Below, piece by piece: positions 1-9,384 of a DNA stretch of 37,480 nucleotides; the first letter of the stretch is position 1; every line of letters begins with the position of its first letter. The stretch is taken from assembly GCA_048882325.1 (NCBI GenBank), contig JBHLRS010000015.1, forward strand, positions 1 through 37,480, in the 5' to 3' direction. The notes under the pieces are model-generated. The model saw nothing but the letters and a program-made list of their open reading frames with translations. It was not told the origin of the DNA and did no database searches. Both the position numbers and the translations under genes were made by a program. This stretch comes from Candidatus Thorarchaeota archaeon. Its GTDB lineage: Archaea > Asgardarchaeota > Thorarchaeia > Thorarchaeales > Thorarchaeaceae.

Positions 1-1
1 C

Positions 2-763
2 ACCAAAGACTCCCTCTCCTGCAGATCCATAGCGAAAACGGAATCCAGTTATGATCTCGTCAAATACTAACAAGATGCCTCTAGCCTCTGTTTCTTCTCG
101 TAGATATGTCAAAAAGTCTTCTTTAGGTCCGATTGCTCCTCCTGCCCCAATCACTGGCTCAACCACAACAGCTGCCAAGTCCTTTCCGTATTTCTTGAGC
201 ATTTCATCCAGACTCGCTGGGTCATTATAATCGAACGAGACTCCATTGAAGAAAGACTCATCCGTGTATGGGTGGCTCATGTGATACGCCAGAGCATCAT
301 TCCCACCATGCCACCCACCTAATGCTTTCCCTACAAGTTTTCGACCAGTGAAGAGTCTTGATAATCGAACGGCATACATGGTGGATTCTGCACCTGTAGA
401 TGTGAACCGCATCTTTTCGAGCAAGGGTACAGCCTCATTTAGTTTCTCTCCATATTTGACCTGATGCTCATTTGGTGCGCCATAGTGTATTCCTGATTCA
501 AGTTGATCAGTTATCGCCTTCTTTACTTCTGAATTATTATGTCCTAGAATTTGAGAGTAATGAGTGATCCACCAATCGACATACTTGTTTCCATCCACAT
601 CCCAGATGTGTGCACCATCACCATATGCGATGTACGGGGGATACGCACCTGACCCTGGTAGACCAAACTGCCTGATGTTGTGGCTCACGCCTCCTGGAAA
701 CAACTTTGTGGCTCTATCCCACAATTCCTTCGACTTTTGTGTTGACGATTTGTAGCGTTCCAT
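2..763 (-). CDS. Class III PLP aminotransferase, glutamate-1-semialdehyde aminomutase-like (3' end runs off the window)
   Basis: Not in the ORF track; read manually from ATG at 763 (upstream GAGGGG RBS): MERYKSSTQKSKELWDRATKLFPGGVSHNIR...GAHIWDVDGNKYVD...MRFTSTGAES...GGWHGG...VVEPVIG...LVFDEIITGFR. Confidence 0.9.
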   Translation of the reverse strand, partial: MERYKSSTQKSKELWDRATKLFPGGVSHNIRQFGLPGSGAYPPYIAYGDGAHIWDVDGNKYVDWWITHYSQILGHNNSEVKKAITDQLESGIHYGAPNEHQVKYGEKLNEAVPLLEKMRFTSTGAESTMYAVRLSRLFTGRKLVGKALGGWHGGNDALAYHMSHPYTDESFFNGVSFDYNDPASLDEMLKKYGKDLAAVVVEPVIGAGGAIGPKEDFLTYLREETEARGILLVFDEIITGFRFRYGSAGEGVFG

Positions 764-781
764 TATTTTACCCCTCGATAT

Positions 782-1810
782 TCAGCTTCTATAGATTCGT
801 TCAGTATTTCTTGGGACGGGTATGTCCTTCATTGTTACAAGCCCGGGACCAGATGATTGAATCATTGGAATCAAATTCAGAATCATTGCAATCGTCGCGT
901 AATCTCCCTGTACTCCACCTTCTATTCTTTGATGAATCTTGGGGACTCCCTCAATAATGATTTCATCATATTGTGGGTCTGCCTCCGCATAGGCAAGGAA
1001 GTCCAACTTGATTATAGTTTTCCCATTTCTCTTACCCAGTCCAGTGCTTTTTAGACCAAGTACATCTCCCTTTTTGATTGTAGCAAACGAGTTTGTGACA
1101 TCACCATTGGCAATGATGGCTTCTGGTGGAAGTTCCTCAATCTTATCCAAACTTAGATTTAATGCAGAATCGACCATCCTTATAGATTCAACGAGACCCA
1201 CATGTCCCGTAATATCCCCTTCATCAATCTTCTTTCTGAACTCACTTTGTGTCATGCCAGTCCCAATCTTCTTCTGGAAGGAGAATCGTCTATGGCTTGA
1301 ATTCATGTGTCGGGTGACAGCAATTGAGTTGACACTTTGACAGGGAGCTGTTAAGACGATTGGTAAGAGGTCCATTAAAAATCCGGGATTTATTCCAGTC
1401 CCAAGAACTGTCTTGTCCAGTTTCTTTGCCTCCTTATCAATCTCTGAAGATATCTCTGGATGACGATTAAATGGGAACGACAGCTCTTCGCAGATTGAGA
1501 TGACATCCATTCCTGCTCTCAAACACTCGAAGATAGATGGTTTTACTGATTCAAGGGAAGAGGATGTCGCAATAATTGCAACAGTAATTTCGCCCTTGCT
1601 ATCTTTCAGGAGCCCGTGTAACGCTTGGTCGATTCTGGTTTGAGTATTTTTCGAAATTGACAGAAAGTCTTCAACAGTCTTTCCAATATACTCGGGTTCA
1701 ACATCCACAACTCCTGCATGATGCAGGTTATCACGCTCAATGATTGCCTTCGCAATCGATTTACCTAGTGATCCAAACCCAAACTGAACTACAATGAATG
1801 GTTTTGACAT
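782..1810 (-). CDS. NAD(P)-dependent amine dehydrogenase, 2,4-diaminopentanoate dehydrogenase (Ord)/DapB-like family
   Basis: Rossmann GFGSLG; SICEEL; GTGINPGFLMDLLP; GHVGLVES; C-terminal GDYATIA. Confidence 0.82.
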   Translation of the reverse strand: MSKPFIVVQFGFGSLGKSIAKAIIERDNLHHAGVVDVEPEYIGKTVEDFLSISKNTQTRIDQALHGLLKDSKGEITVAIIATSSSLESVKPSIFECLRAGMDVISICEELSFPFNRHPEISSEIDKEAKKLDKTVLGTGINPGFLMDLLPIVLTAPCQSVNSIAVTRHMNSSHRRFSFQKKIGTGMTQSEFRKKIDEGDITGHVGLVESIRMVDSALNLSLDKIEELPPEAIIANGDVTNSFATIKKGDVLGLKSTGLGKRNGKTIIKLDFLAYAEADPQYDEIIIEGVPKIHQRIEGGVQGDYATIAMILNLIPMIQSSGPGLVTMKDIPVPRNTERIYRS

Positions 1811-1833
1811 AGCCTCAAGACTGTCAAGCTTCT

Positions 1834-1841
1834 ATATATAA
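1834..1841 (-). promoter_or_regulatory. Putative archaeal TATA box for the amine dehydrogenase/aminotransferase pair
   Basis: TTATATAT on the minus strand, 24-31 nt upstream of the ATG at 1810. Confidence 0.5.
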
Positions 1842-1917
1842 TGCCCAGAAAGGATAGTTCTAGACGCCACACCAATCGATAAGAGTATCAACTAGTTTCT
1901 TAAACAGAACGTCTAAC

Positions 1918-3258
1918 TTAATTCTTCATCTCCTTAAGCACTTCTTCAGTGACTCTGAGGATCCTCTCAATATCGTCCTTAGCATGTTCTGTCGAGACAA
2001 ACAGAGGATGTGGACTTGCCATTATTCCTTTTGCTCTAAGGCCTAAATGAAAAGCTTTGGCCATGTTCTTGTCTGCTTTCATTGCATCGCGTTTGTTCCT
2101 AATGTTTTCAACACCAAAATGAATTTGAAGAATAGATGCGACTCCTGTCACTAACAAATCAATCCCATATTTCTCTCCAAGGCTAGAAATTTCATTTCGA
2201 AGTCTCTCAGTAGCAGAATTTAGACGGGAGTAGATATTCCTCTTTTCGAGCGCCTCTAATACGGCTAAACCTGCGTTCATAGAAACCGGATTACCGGAAA
2301 AACAACCAGATTGGAAGATTTGCTCCTTTAGATCCCATAAACCCGTTTTTGGTGTGACCATCTTTTCCATTATATCCTGTCTTCCTCCATATCCACCAAT
2401 TGCGAATCCGCCTCCAATTATCTTTCCGAGGCAAACGAGATCGGGCTTTACACCAAAATACTCTGTCGCTCCTCCAAGTGCTATCCGAAAGTTAGTGACA
2501 ACTTCGTCAAAGATGAGTGGAATATCATGCTTCTCTGTTATTTCTCTGATAGCTTTGAGAAACTCTTTATCAGCTGCAACACAACCGAGACCGAAAGCTG
2601 ATACAGGTTCAATAATAAGCGCTCCAAGATCATTTGCGTTTTCTCCAATCAATGACAATGTACCATCTATGTCGTTATATGGAAGGATTATAACATCCTG
2701 CGCTGCCGCCTCAGGAATACCGGCACTATCGATATGTGGAAGAAGATTGTTAGACTCTCCAGCTGTACTCAAAGTGCTAATTAAAACGGACTCATGTTGC
2801 CCATGGAAGTTGCCCTCAAACTTTGCTATTTTGCTCTTTTTCCTAAATGCTCTTGCAGTTCGCAAAGCCATTTGTGTTGCTTCTGAGCCAGTATTTACAA
2901 AGCGGACCATTTCAATTGAAGACATGAGCTGACAGACTTTTTTGGCGAGTTTCACTTCTGCTTCTGCTGGCATATAGTAGTGAACTCCTTTCTCCAACTG
3001 ATTCATCACCGCATCAAGCACAGTCTTGGGAGAATGTCCCAGAATGTGAACTCCGCCTCCCATGAGTAAATCTACGTATTCATGACCGTCAATATCCCAG
3101 AGCTTTGAGCCTCTAGCATCCCGCACATAAATTGGATAAGGCTCAAGGAATTTTCCATTCCCCGCAACTCCGCCGGGCAGAAATTTCCCTGCATTTTGGA
3201 ACATGTTGTATGATTTCTCAGTTCGTGCTCTATACTGCTCATCGAAAATCGTCACCAA
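1918..3258 (-). CDS. Class III PLP aminotransferase, GSA-aminomutase-like paralog
   Basis: LPGGV, WDIDGHEYVD, RFVNTGSEAT, KFEGNFHG, LIFDEVVTNFR, PLP lysine in CLGKIIGGG. ORF is open from 3327; TTG at 3258 after GGTG is the more plausible start. Confidence 0.9.
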   Translation of the reverse strand: MVTIFDEQYRARTEKSYNMFQNAGKFLPGGVAGNGKFLEPYPIYVRDARGSKLWDIDGHEYVDLLMGGGVHILGHSPKTVLDAVMNQLEKGVHYYMPAEAEVKLAKKVCQLMSSIEMVRFVNTGSEATQMALRTARAFRKKSKIAKFEGNFHGQHESVLISTLSTAGESNNLLPHIDSAGIPEAAAQDVIILPYNDIDGTLSLIGENANDLGALIIEPVSAFGLGCVAADKEFLKAIREITEKHDIPLIFDEVVTNFRIALGGATEYFGVKPDLVCLGKIIGGGFAIGGYGGRQDIMEKMVTPKTGLWDLKEQIFQSGCFSGNPVSMNAGLAVLEALEKRNIYSRLNSATERLRNEISSLGEKYGIDLLVTGVASILQIHFGVENIRNKRDAMKADKNMAKAFHLGLRAKGIMASPHPLFVSTEHAKDDIERILRVTEEVLKEMKN

Positions 3259-3485
3259 ATGAACACCATTTTTCAGGTTTGCTCCCTCGCTTAAATTCTT
3301 TCTGGACAAAATTGAATTCAATGTCATAATAGTTGGAAGAGAAACAAAAATTCAGTAAGCTTTTAGAAATTATACGGAATTCCTAAAGTTTGTTCCCGGA
3401 CCTATTAATATCTCATATATAACGATTAAATACCCAAATGCGTAAGCGTAATCTTGCATTTTCCGATCAAAAGGAGATGAATTAG

Positions 3486-5123
3486 TTGGAACAGTTTGAT
3501 CTTCTCATCAAGAATGGATTAGTCGTTGATGGTGATAAGTATGACTGTTCGATGGTCAATATTGGAATACGTAATGGGAAGATTCAATCTATTCAGTCGG
3601 AACTCAGTGCTCCTGCACAGACAGTGATAGATGCACAGAGTATGATAATCACACCAGGTTTCATTGATATGCACTCTCACTCTGATTTCATGATACCAGT
3701 TACAGGTTCAGCGGATTCTTTTATCAGGCAAGGCATCACTACTTCTGTTGTTGGGATGTGTGGATCCAGTCTTGCTCCGATTAACCCTGCCAAACATAAT
3801 GAATATGTAAAGGAAATTGTGAAAAGTGTGCCACTGCTTTCAGATGTGGAAATCTCTTGGAACTCTTATGATGAATACTTAGATGAAATGGAGCGAGTCC
3901 AGACTTCCATAAATTTCGCATTCGTGGTTGGCTACGAGAGTCTAAGAATAGCCTGTGGCGCTGGATTCGAGAATCGCCTTCCAACAAAAAAGGAAGTCAA
4001 AGACATGAAAATCCTGTTGGCTAATGCGATGAAGGCAGGAGCCTTTGGGATGAGTACAGGGCTTATTTACGCTCCCCAGGTTTATGCTGAAACTTCCGAG
4101 TTAATCGAGATATCGAAGGTGCTAGCCCTCCATAACGGTCTATACTTCTCCCACATTAGAGGAGAAGGAGCTTCGGTATTTGACGCTATCAAGGAAGTCG
4201 CACAAATAGTTAGTGAATCCGGTTGTAGAGGCGGCCATATTGCTCATCATAAAATAGCTGATAGAGGTCTATGGGGCAAGAGCATAGATTCACTGAAACT
4301 AATCCACGAAATGAACGAAAAAGGAATTAGTATCACAATCGATTCCTACCCCTATGATAGAGGTTGCTCATCGTTAATCACCGCATTACCACCATGGGTT
4401 CGTGTAGGTGGAATAGAAGAAACACTCACAAGGATCAGGGATGAAGAAACTAGAAAGATAATCATTGCTGAAGTCGAGAATGATCTGCATGGAGATGAAC
4501 CAGCAGTTTGGGAGAACTGGATTAAGACAGCAGGTTTTGAGAACATCTTCATGTCAACTATTGAAACTGAAAAATGGGCAAATGCGACTGGTTCGAGTAT
4601 AAATGAGATAGCTGAGAAACAAGGCTTAGATGAATGGGAAGTGTTCTTTAGCATCCTACTTGATGATGCTGGCGCGACCATGGTTACTTTACGATTTATG
4701 AGTGAAGAGGATATCCAACGAATAATGACAAGTGAACATCAGATGTTTGGAACTGATGGCATGGCCACTACTCCCAAACTAAAGAGTGGAATTGATCATC
4801 CACGGTCCTACGGGACGTATCCCAGAGTTCTGGGGAAATATGTAAGAGAGGAAGGAACTATCTCTCTGACGGATGCCATTAGAAAGATGACCTTTACACC
4901 CGCGAATCGTCTGGGAGTCACTGATAGGGGAAGAATAGAAACTGGTGCCTGGGCTGATTTAGTGATTTTCGATCGAGAAACTGTTGCTGACATGGCAACT
5001 TATGAAGAGCCAAACCTGTTTCCTGTGGGTATCCACTATGTTCTGGTAAATGGTGAGATAGTGGTTGATAATGGCAATCAACGTCGCGTCTATCCTGGTA
5101 GGGTCATCCGCTCTCAGAGGTAA
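3486..5123 (+). CDS. N-acyl-D-amino-acid deacylase (D-aminoacylase family amidohydrolase)
   Basis: PGFIDMHSHSD, QGITTSVVGMCG, GMSTGLIYAP, SHIRGE, GTDG, HPRSYGTYPRVLG; TTG start after AGGAG. Confidence 0.9.
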   Translation: MEQFDLLIKNGLVVDGDKYDCSMVNIGIRNGKIQSIQSELSAPAQTVIDAQSMIITPGFIDMHSHSDFMIPVTGSADSFIRQGITTSVVGMCGSSLAPINPAKHNEYVKEIVKSVPLLSDVEISWNSYDEYLDEMERVQTSINFAFVVGYESLRIACGAGFENRLPTKKEVKDMKILLANAMKAGAFGMSTGLIYAPQVYAETSELIEISKVLALHNGLYFSHIRGEGASVFDAIKEVAQIVSESGCRGGHIAHHKIADRGLWGKSIDSLKLIHEMNEKGISITIDSYPYDRGCSSLITALPPWVRVGGIEETLTRIRDEETRKIIIAEVENDLHGDEPAVWENWIKTAGFENIFMSTIETEKWANATGSSINEIAEKQGLDEWEVFFSILLDDAGATMVTLRFMSEEDIQRIMTSEHQMFGTDGMATTPKLKSGIDHPRSYGTYPRVLGKYVREEGTISLTDAIRKMTFTPANRLGVTDRGRIETGAWADLVIFDRETVADMATYEEPNLFPVGIHYVLVNGEIVVDNGNQRRVYPGRVIRSQR

Positions 5124-5133
5124 CTAGCCGATT

Positions 5134-6918
5134 TCACTTCAATGAATTCAGTGGATTCTTTTCCATTCTTTTTGCTGGAATCACTTGCCCATATGATACG
5201 AATAGAAATTCATTGACTTCCCCGGATTCGTTAGCCTTGAATGTAACGGTGAAAAAATCTGAATCTTTTGACTTGAACCTCAATCCTTTCACAGGTTCGA
5301 GTTGTGTCGATTTTTGACCACTTGGGGCGAATCTAAGAGTATTGTTCTCCTTCATCGAAATCTCAACAGCTTGACCTGCGAGCTTATAAAATCCTACTAG
5401 TTCTTTGAGAAATTCTGTACTAAACATCCTTTCATCTGGGAGCCTTTTGAACTGAATTGGAGGTAGCAACTCCTCAATCTTGATTGCCAGTCCGGAAATA
5501 TCACCGTAGGGGTCTGTTTGAAACGTAAGTAGTTCCCTGAACTCCCATCTGGTAATCTTGTACTGAAATGTTTCGAAATGATAATGCTCTAGAGGATATT
5601 CAGCTGTTCCATGTTTGAGTCGTAGCATTCCATCCCCTTGGATAATCTCCAATACTCCATATCCAGGGTGATGATATTTGCCTACATAGTTCTGCAAACT
5701 GTGCTGTGGAGAGGTGTTGTCCTTACGAAGTAGTCGTGAGTTTTCCCCGGTTTCTCTGATTACTGTATGAAGATGTTTCTCAATGGGCTCGAACACACCT
5801 CGCCAATCAACAGGATCCAGTCCTAGCAGTCTATCGAGTATAGAGTAGGAGATAGCTGGAGTAAGAAACGTGTCACTCTGGTTAACAATCACATTGACTC
5901 CAATTCCCTTAACTGAATCGAATATCATCAGGGATCTTGATCCATCAAGTATCCCCCCATGAGAAATGATCTTGTTCCCTCGATATATCTGATTCATCCA
6001 ACCGAGAGCCCATGCATCCATACTGAACCAGTTTTGATCGGGGATATATTTACTTAGAATTGTTTTCATCGATTCGGGACAGCCTGATGCGTCAAGTCCC
6101 GGCATATAGGTTATCCAAAGATTCTCTAGTGAAACAAGTCGTTTCCCTCCAACTTCCCCCTTGTTTAGATGAAATCGCAACCATTTTCCTACATCATTAG
6201 TGCTTGCATTGATACTTCCTGCCCCCGTCAATGAGTCATATACGACATGCTCGCACTCAATGAGTTCAGACCTATCTGTCTGATAGTCTATTGTATAGGG
6301 AGTGGCATGATCATTGTCTTTTCGCATCTTGTCCACTGAGAAATTGGATCTACTCATACCAAGCGGTTTGAAAATCCGCCTTGTTATGAAGTCGTTAAAT
6401 TTCAGTCCTGATAGTTCTTCTACGACCATTGAGGCGGCAATAAATGTGAGGTTACAATATTGCAGCTGTTTTCTAATATCAGCTGTTAAATCCAAATGAG
6501 GTAATCTTTCTAGAATTTCGCTATACTTGACAACATTGTCGACCCATATCATGTCGTGCCGAGGTAATCCCGTTCTGTGTGACAGCATATCTGCAATTGT
6601 TACAAGTCTTGATGTTACAGGGTCCTTCAGTCTGAAATGTGGCAGATATTCGACTATGGGAGTGTTCCAGTCTAATTTGCCTTCGTCTACCAACATGGCA
6701 ATTGTTGTGCTTGTAAATGATTTCGAACATGATGCAATAATATGCATTGTATCCCTTGTCATCTGTAAATTTCTCTTGATGTTTCGATATCCGAATCCCT
6801 CAGAGTAGATTATTTCGTTCTCATTAAGGATGGTAACTGCTAGACCTGGCGCACCCCACTGTTTCAACATGCTAGAAATCAGTGATTCCCAATCCCCACT
6901 ATTTATTTCAAGACTCAT
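5134..6918 (-). CDS. Beta-lactamase/D-peptidase-fold serine hydrolase with C-terminal DUF3471-like domain(s)
   Basis: SxxK (ASCSKSF), LSHRTGLP, YxN (QYCN), HGG box; YVGKYHHPGYG opens the C-terminal domain; no signal peptide. Confidence 0.88.
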   Translation of the reverse strand: MSLEINSGDWESLISSMLKQWGAPGLAVTILNENEIIYSEGFGYRNIKRNLQMTRDTMHIIASCSKSFTSTTIAMLVDEGKLDWNTPIVEYLPHFRLKDPVTSRLVTIADMLSHRTGLPRHDMIWVDNVVKYSEILERLPHLDLTADIRKQLQYCNLTFIAASMVVEELSGLKFNDFITRRIFKPLGMSRSNFSVDKMRKDNDHATPYTIDYQTDRSELIECEHVVYDSLTGAGSINASTNDVGKWLRFHLNKGEVGGKRLVSLENLWITYMPGLDASGCPESMKTILSKYIPDQNWFSMDAWALGWMNQIYRGNKIISHGGILDGSRSLMIFDSVKGIGVNVIVNQSDTFLTPAISYSILDRLLGLDPVDWRGVFEPIEKHLHTVIRETGENSRLLRKDNTSPQHSLQNYVGKYHHPGYGVLEIIQGDGMLRLKHGTAEYPLEHYHFETFQYKITRWEFRELLTFQTDPYGDISGLAIKIEELLPPIQFKRLPDERMFSTEFLKELVGFYKLAGQAVEISMKENNTLRFAPSGQKSTQLEPVKGLRFKSKDSDFFTVTFKANESGEVNEFLFVSYGQVIPAKRMEKNPLNSLK

Positions 6919-6950
6919 AATGTTCCACTCCCCATACTGTGGTAATCCAC

Positions 6951-7418
6951 CTATGGTATCTCAATGCGTGGATCTTCTCTAATTACTTGAGCAACAACTT
7001 GGGTTGAAGTTCTGGTAATCCCCTTTGTTGCCATTAGTGTTTCAAGAATCTTCATGTATTCGTCTCTGTTTTTTGATCTAGTAAGGACGAAGAAGTCGGT
7101 TTCGCCAAGCGTGAAATACACCGCCCACACCCCTGGTAGTTTCGAAATCCTTTTCCCGATGCGGTCACCGAATCCTGGTCCATAAGTAGCTTGGACCTTT
7201 ATTACTGTTATATAGTCCATACCAAATTTCTCTGGATTTATGTGCGCATAATAGCCATCAATAACTCCCTCCCGTTCTAATCGCTTCACACGATAGTGTA
7301 CAGTCGAAGTTGGTGCACCTACTTTCTCTGCGACCTCCTGCAAAGGTGTCCTACAATCTTTCTGTAACTCCCTCAGGATTTTGCAATCTAGTTCATCAGG
7401 TTGGTTGTTCTTTGACAT
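6951..7418 (-). CDS. Lrp/AsnC family transcriptional regulator
   Basis: DELDCKILRELQKDCR...STVHYRVKRLEREGVIDGY helix-turn-helix plus RAM domain (TLGETDF); ATG at 7418 avoids overlap with the upstream ATPase gene. Confidence 0.92.
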   Translation of the reverse strand: MSKNNQPDELDCKILRELQKDCRTPLQEVAEKVGAPTSTVHYRVKRLEREGVIDGYYAHINPEKFGMDYITVIKVQATYGPGFGDRIGKRISKLPGVWAVYFTLGETDFFVLTRSKNRDEYMKILETLMATKGITRTSTQVVAQVIREDPRIEIP

Positions 7419-7422
7419 ACTA

Positions 7423-8421
7423 TTATTCTCCCTCTTCATGACATGCAACCATTCGTCCATCTGACTTCAACTGAAGTGCAGGTTCACTATGCGCACACTC
7501 TGCCTGAGCAAACGGACAACGTGGATGAAACCTACACCCAGTCGGAAGTTTTATGGGATTCGGAGTTTCTCCTGTTAAAAGAATCTTTTCCCGCGTATCT
7601 GTTGGGTCTGGAACTGGAACAACAGAAATCAGGGCCTTTGTATAAGGATGATTGGGTTTTTCTATTATCTGTTGAGCCTCTCCAGTTTCTACAATCTTTC
7701 CTAGATATGTGACTGCAATACGGTCAGCCATCTGTTTAGCTACAGCCAGGTTGTGAGTTATGAACAAGATGGTGATTCCCATTTTTTCCCTGAGTTCCAG
7801 TAGAAGCTTCAGAATCTGACCCCTCATTGAAACATCCAGCATTGACACAGGCTCATCTGCTATGAGAACATGAGGATCTAAAGCCAATGCGGCCGCGATA
7901 GCAACTCGTTGTCGTTGACCACCCGAGAGTTCATGTGGATACCTCTGAAGATAGTCCTCTGCAGGAACCATCCCAACATTCTCAAGTGCCTCTCTTACTT
8001 TCTCCAATTCTTCCTCTACAGTAGGATAGACATTTTGGATTCTGAGGGGCTCAGCGACAATATCACCAATTCTCATGCTAGAATTAAGTGAACCGTAGGG
8101 ATCCTGAAAGATCATTTGAATTCGGGTGCGATATTTTCTGAACTCATGTTGTGGCATATCAGATACCTTCTCACCTTCAAACCAAATCTCACCATCAGTG
8201 GGTTCTTCTAGCCTCAGTATCAATCTGGCCAAGGTGGTCTTTCCACATCCACTCTCTCCCACAACAGCAAAAATCTCTCCCTTTCTAAGCTGTATACTCA
8301 TTCCGTCTACAGCTTTGATGTAATCTTTTGGACTTGATGAAAAGAGACCTGAAAGGAATCCACCTCTGACTGCAAACCATTTCTTTATGTCACGGGTTTC
8401 AAGTATTACATCGGAACTCAT
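7423..8421 (-). CDS. Oligo/dipeptide ABC transporter ATP-binding subunit (OppF/DppF-like)
   Basis: GESGCGKT, QMIFQDP, LSGGQRQR, ADEP, HPYT, GCRFHPRCP. Confidence 0.93.
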   Translation of the reverse strand: MSSDVILETRDIKKWFAVRGGFLSGLFSSSPKDYIKAVDGMSIQLRKGEIFAVVGESGCGKTTLARLILRLEEPTDGEIWFEGEKVSDMPQHEFRKYRTRIQMIFQDPYGSLNSSMRIGDIVAEPLRIQNVYPTVEEELEKVREALENVGMVPAEDYLQRYPHELSGGQRQRVAIAAALALDPHVLIADEPVSMLDVSMRGQILKLLLELREKMGITILFITHNLAVAKQMADRIAVTYLGKIVETGEAQQIIEKPNHPYTKALISVVPVPDPTDTREKILLTGETPNPIKLPTGCRFHPRCPFAQAECAHSEPALQLKSDGRMVACHEEGE

Positions 8422-9380
8422 ATTTCATCACTCCTTAGACAGGCAACTCGGATTCCATTCTTACTCTCAAGTGGCGGCACTTGTGATTTGCATATATCTA
8501 CTGCATAATCACACCTGGGATGATACGGGCACCCTTCAGGGGGGTTGATTAAATCTGGAGGATTTCCAGGGATGAAATCAATCTCTCTGTCACCCAATAC
8601 ACTTGGAAAGGATGATATTAACTTCCGAGTGTAGGGATGAGCAGGATTTTGGAATAGTGACAGAACAGAGGCTTCCTCCATAATCCGGCCAGCATACATT
8701 ATGACTACCTTATCACAAGTTTCAGCAATCACTGAAAGGTCATGAGTAATCAGAATCAGAGAGAGACTTGTCCTCTCTCTTATCTGTTTGAGAAGCTCAA
8801 GAATCTGTGCTTGAATCATCACATCCAAAGCTGTTGTAGGTTCGTCAGCTATCACTAGCTGCGGATGACAAGTAAGCGCTAAAGCAATCATTGTTCTTTG
8901 CCTCATACCACCACTTAGTTCGTGTGGGTATGAGTTTCCCCTTGACCTTTCAATTCCCATTGCCTCTAAAAGGTCGAGTGATCGTTCAATAGCCTCTTCC
9001 TCAGAAATGTCCTCATGCAGAAGGATTGCATTCTTCATTTGGTCAATCACTTTATGAACAGGATTGAGTGCATTCATCGAGCCCTGGAAAATCATGGATA
9101 GGTCCTTCCATCGGAGATCTCTTAATTCTGGATTAGAGAGTCCCAAGGTTTCCTGACCATTGAAACGAATGGATCCATTATCCACAATGCCTTCTCTTGG
9201 TAAAAGATGCATAATTGCCATGGCCGTGGTTGTTTTCCCGCAACCACTTTCACCACTGATTCCAACAAACTCTCCACAATTAACTGTGAAACTCACATCT
9301 TGAACAGCTTGCACGTTACCTTTTCTAGTTTCATAATGCACGGTCAGGTTCTCGACATCTAGTAAGGAATCTATTGTCAT
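8418..9380 (-). CDS. Oligo/dipeptide ABC transporter ATP-binding subunit (OppD/DppD-like)
   Basis: GESGCGKT, LSGGMRQR, ADEPTTALDV, GCPYHPRC; 4-nt overlap with the next gene. Confidence 0.93.
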   Translation of the reverse strand: MTIDSLLDVENLTVHYETRKGNVQAVQDVSFTVNCGEFVGISGESGCGKTTTAMAIMHLLPREGIVDNGSIRFNGQETLGLSNPELRDLRWKDLSMIFQGSMNALNPVHKVIDQMKNAILLHEDISEEEAIERSLDLLEAMGIERSRGNSYPHELSGGMRQRTMIALALTCHPQLVIADEPTTALDVMIQAQILELLKQIRERTSLSLILITHDLSVIAETCDKVVIMYAGRIMEEASVLSLFQNPAHPYTRKLISSFPSVLGDREIDFIPGNPPDLINPPEGCPYHPRCDYAVDICKSQVPPLESKNGIRVACLRSDEI

Positions 9381-9384
9381 GACT

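Noticed and set aside
2-3258. Assigning the symbol hemL to the two GSA-like genes
   Set aside because: The HemL-typical GGVNSPVR motif is altered in both and there is no tetrapyrrole gene context.
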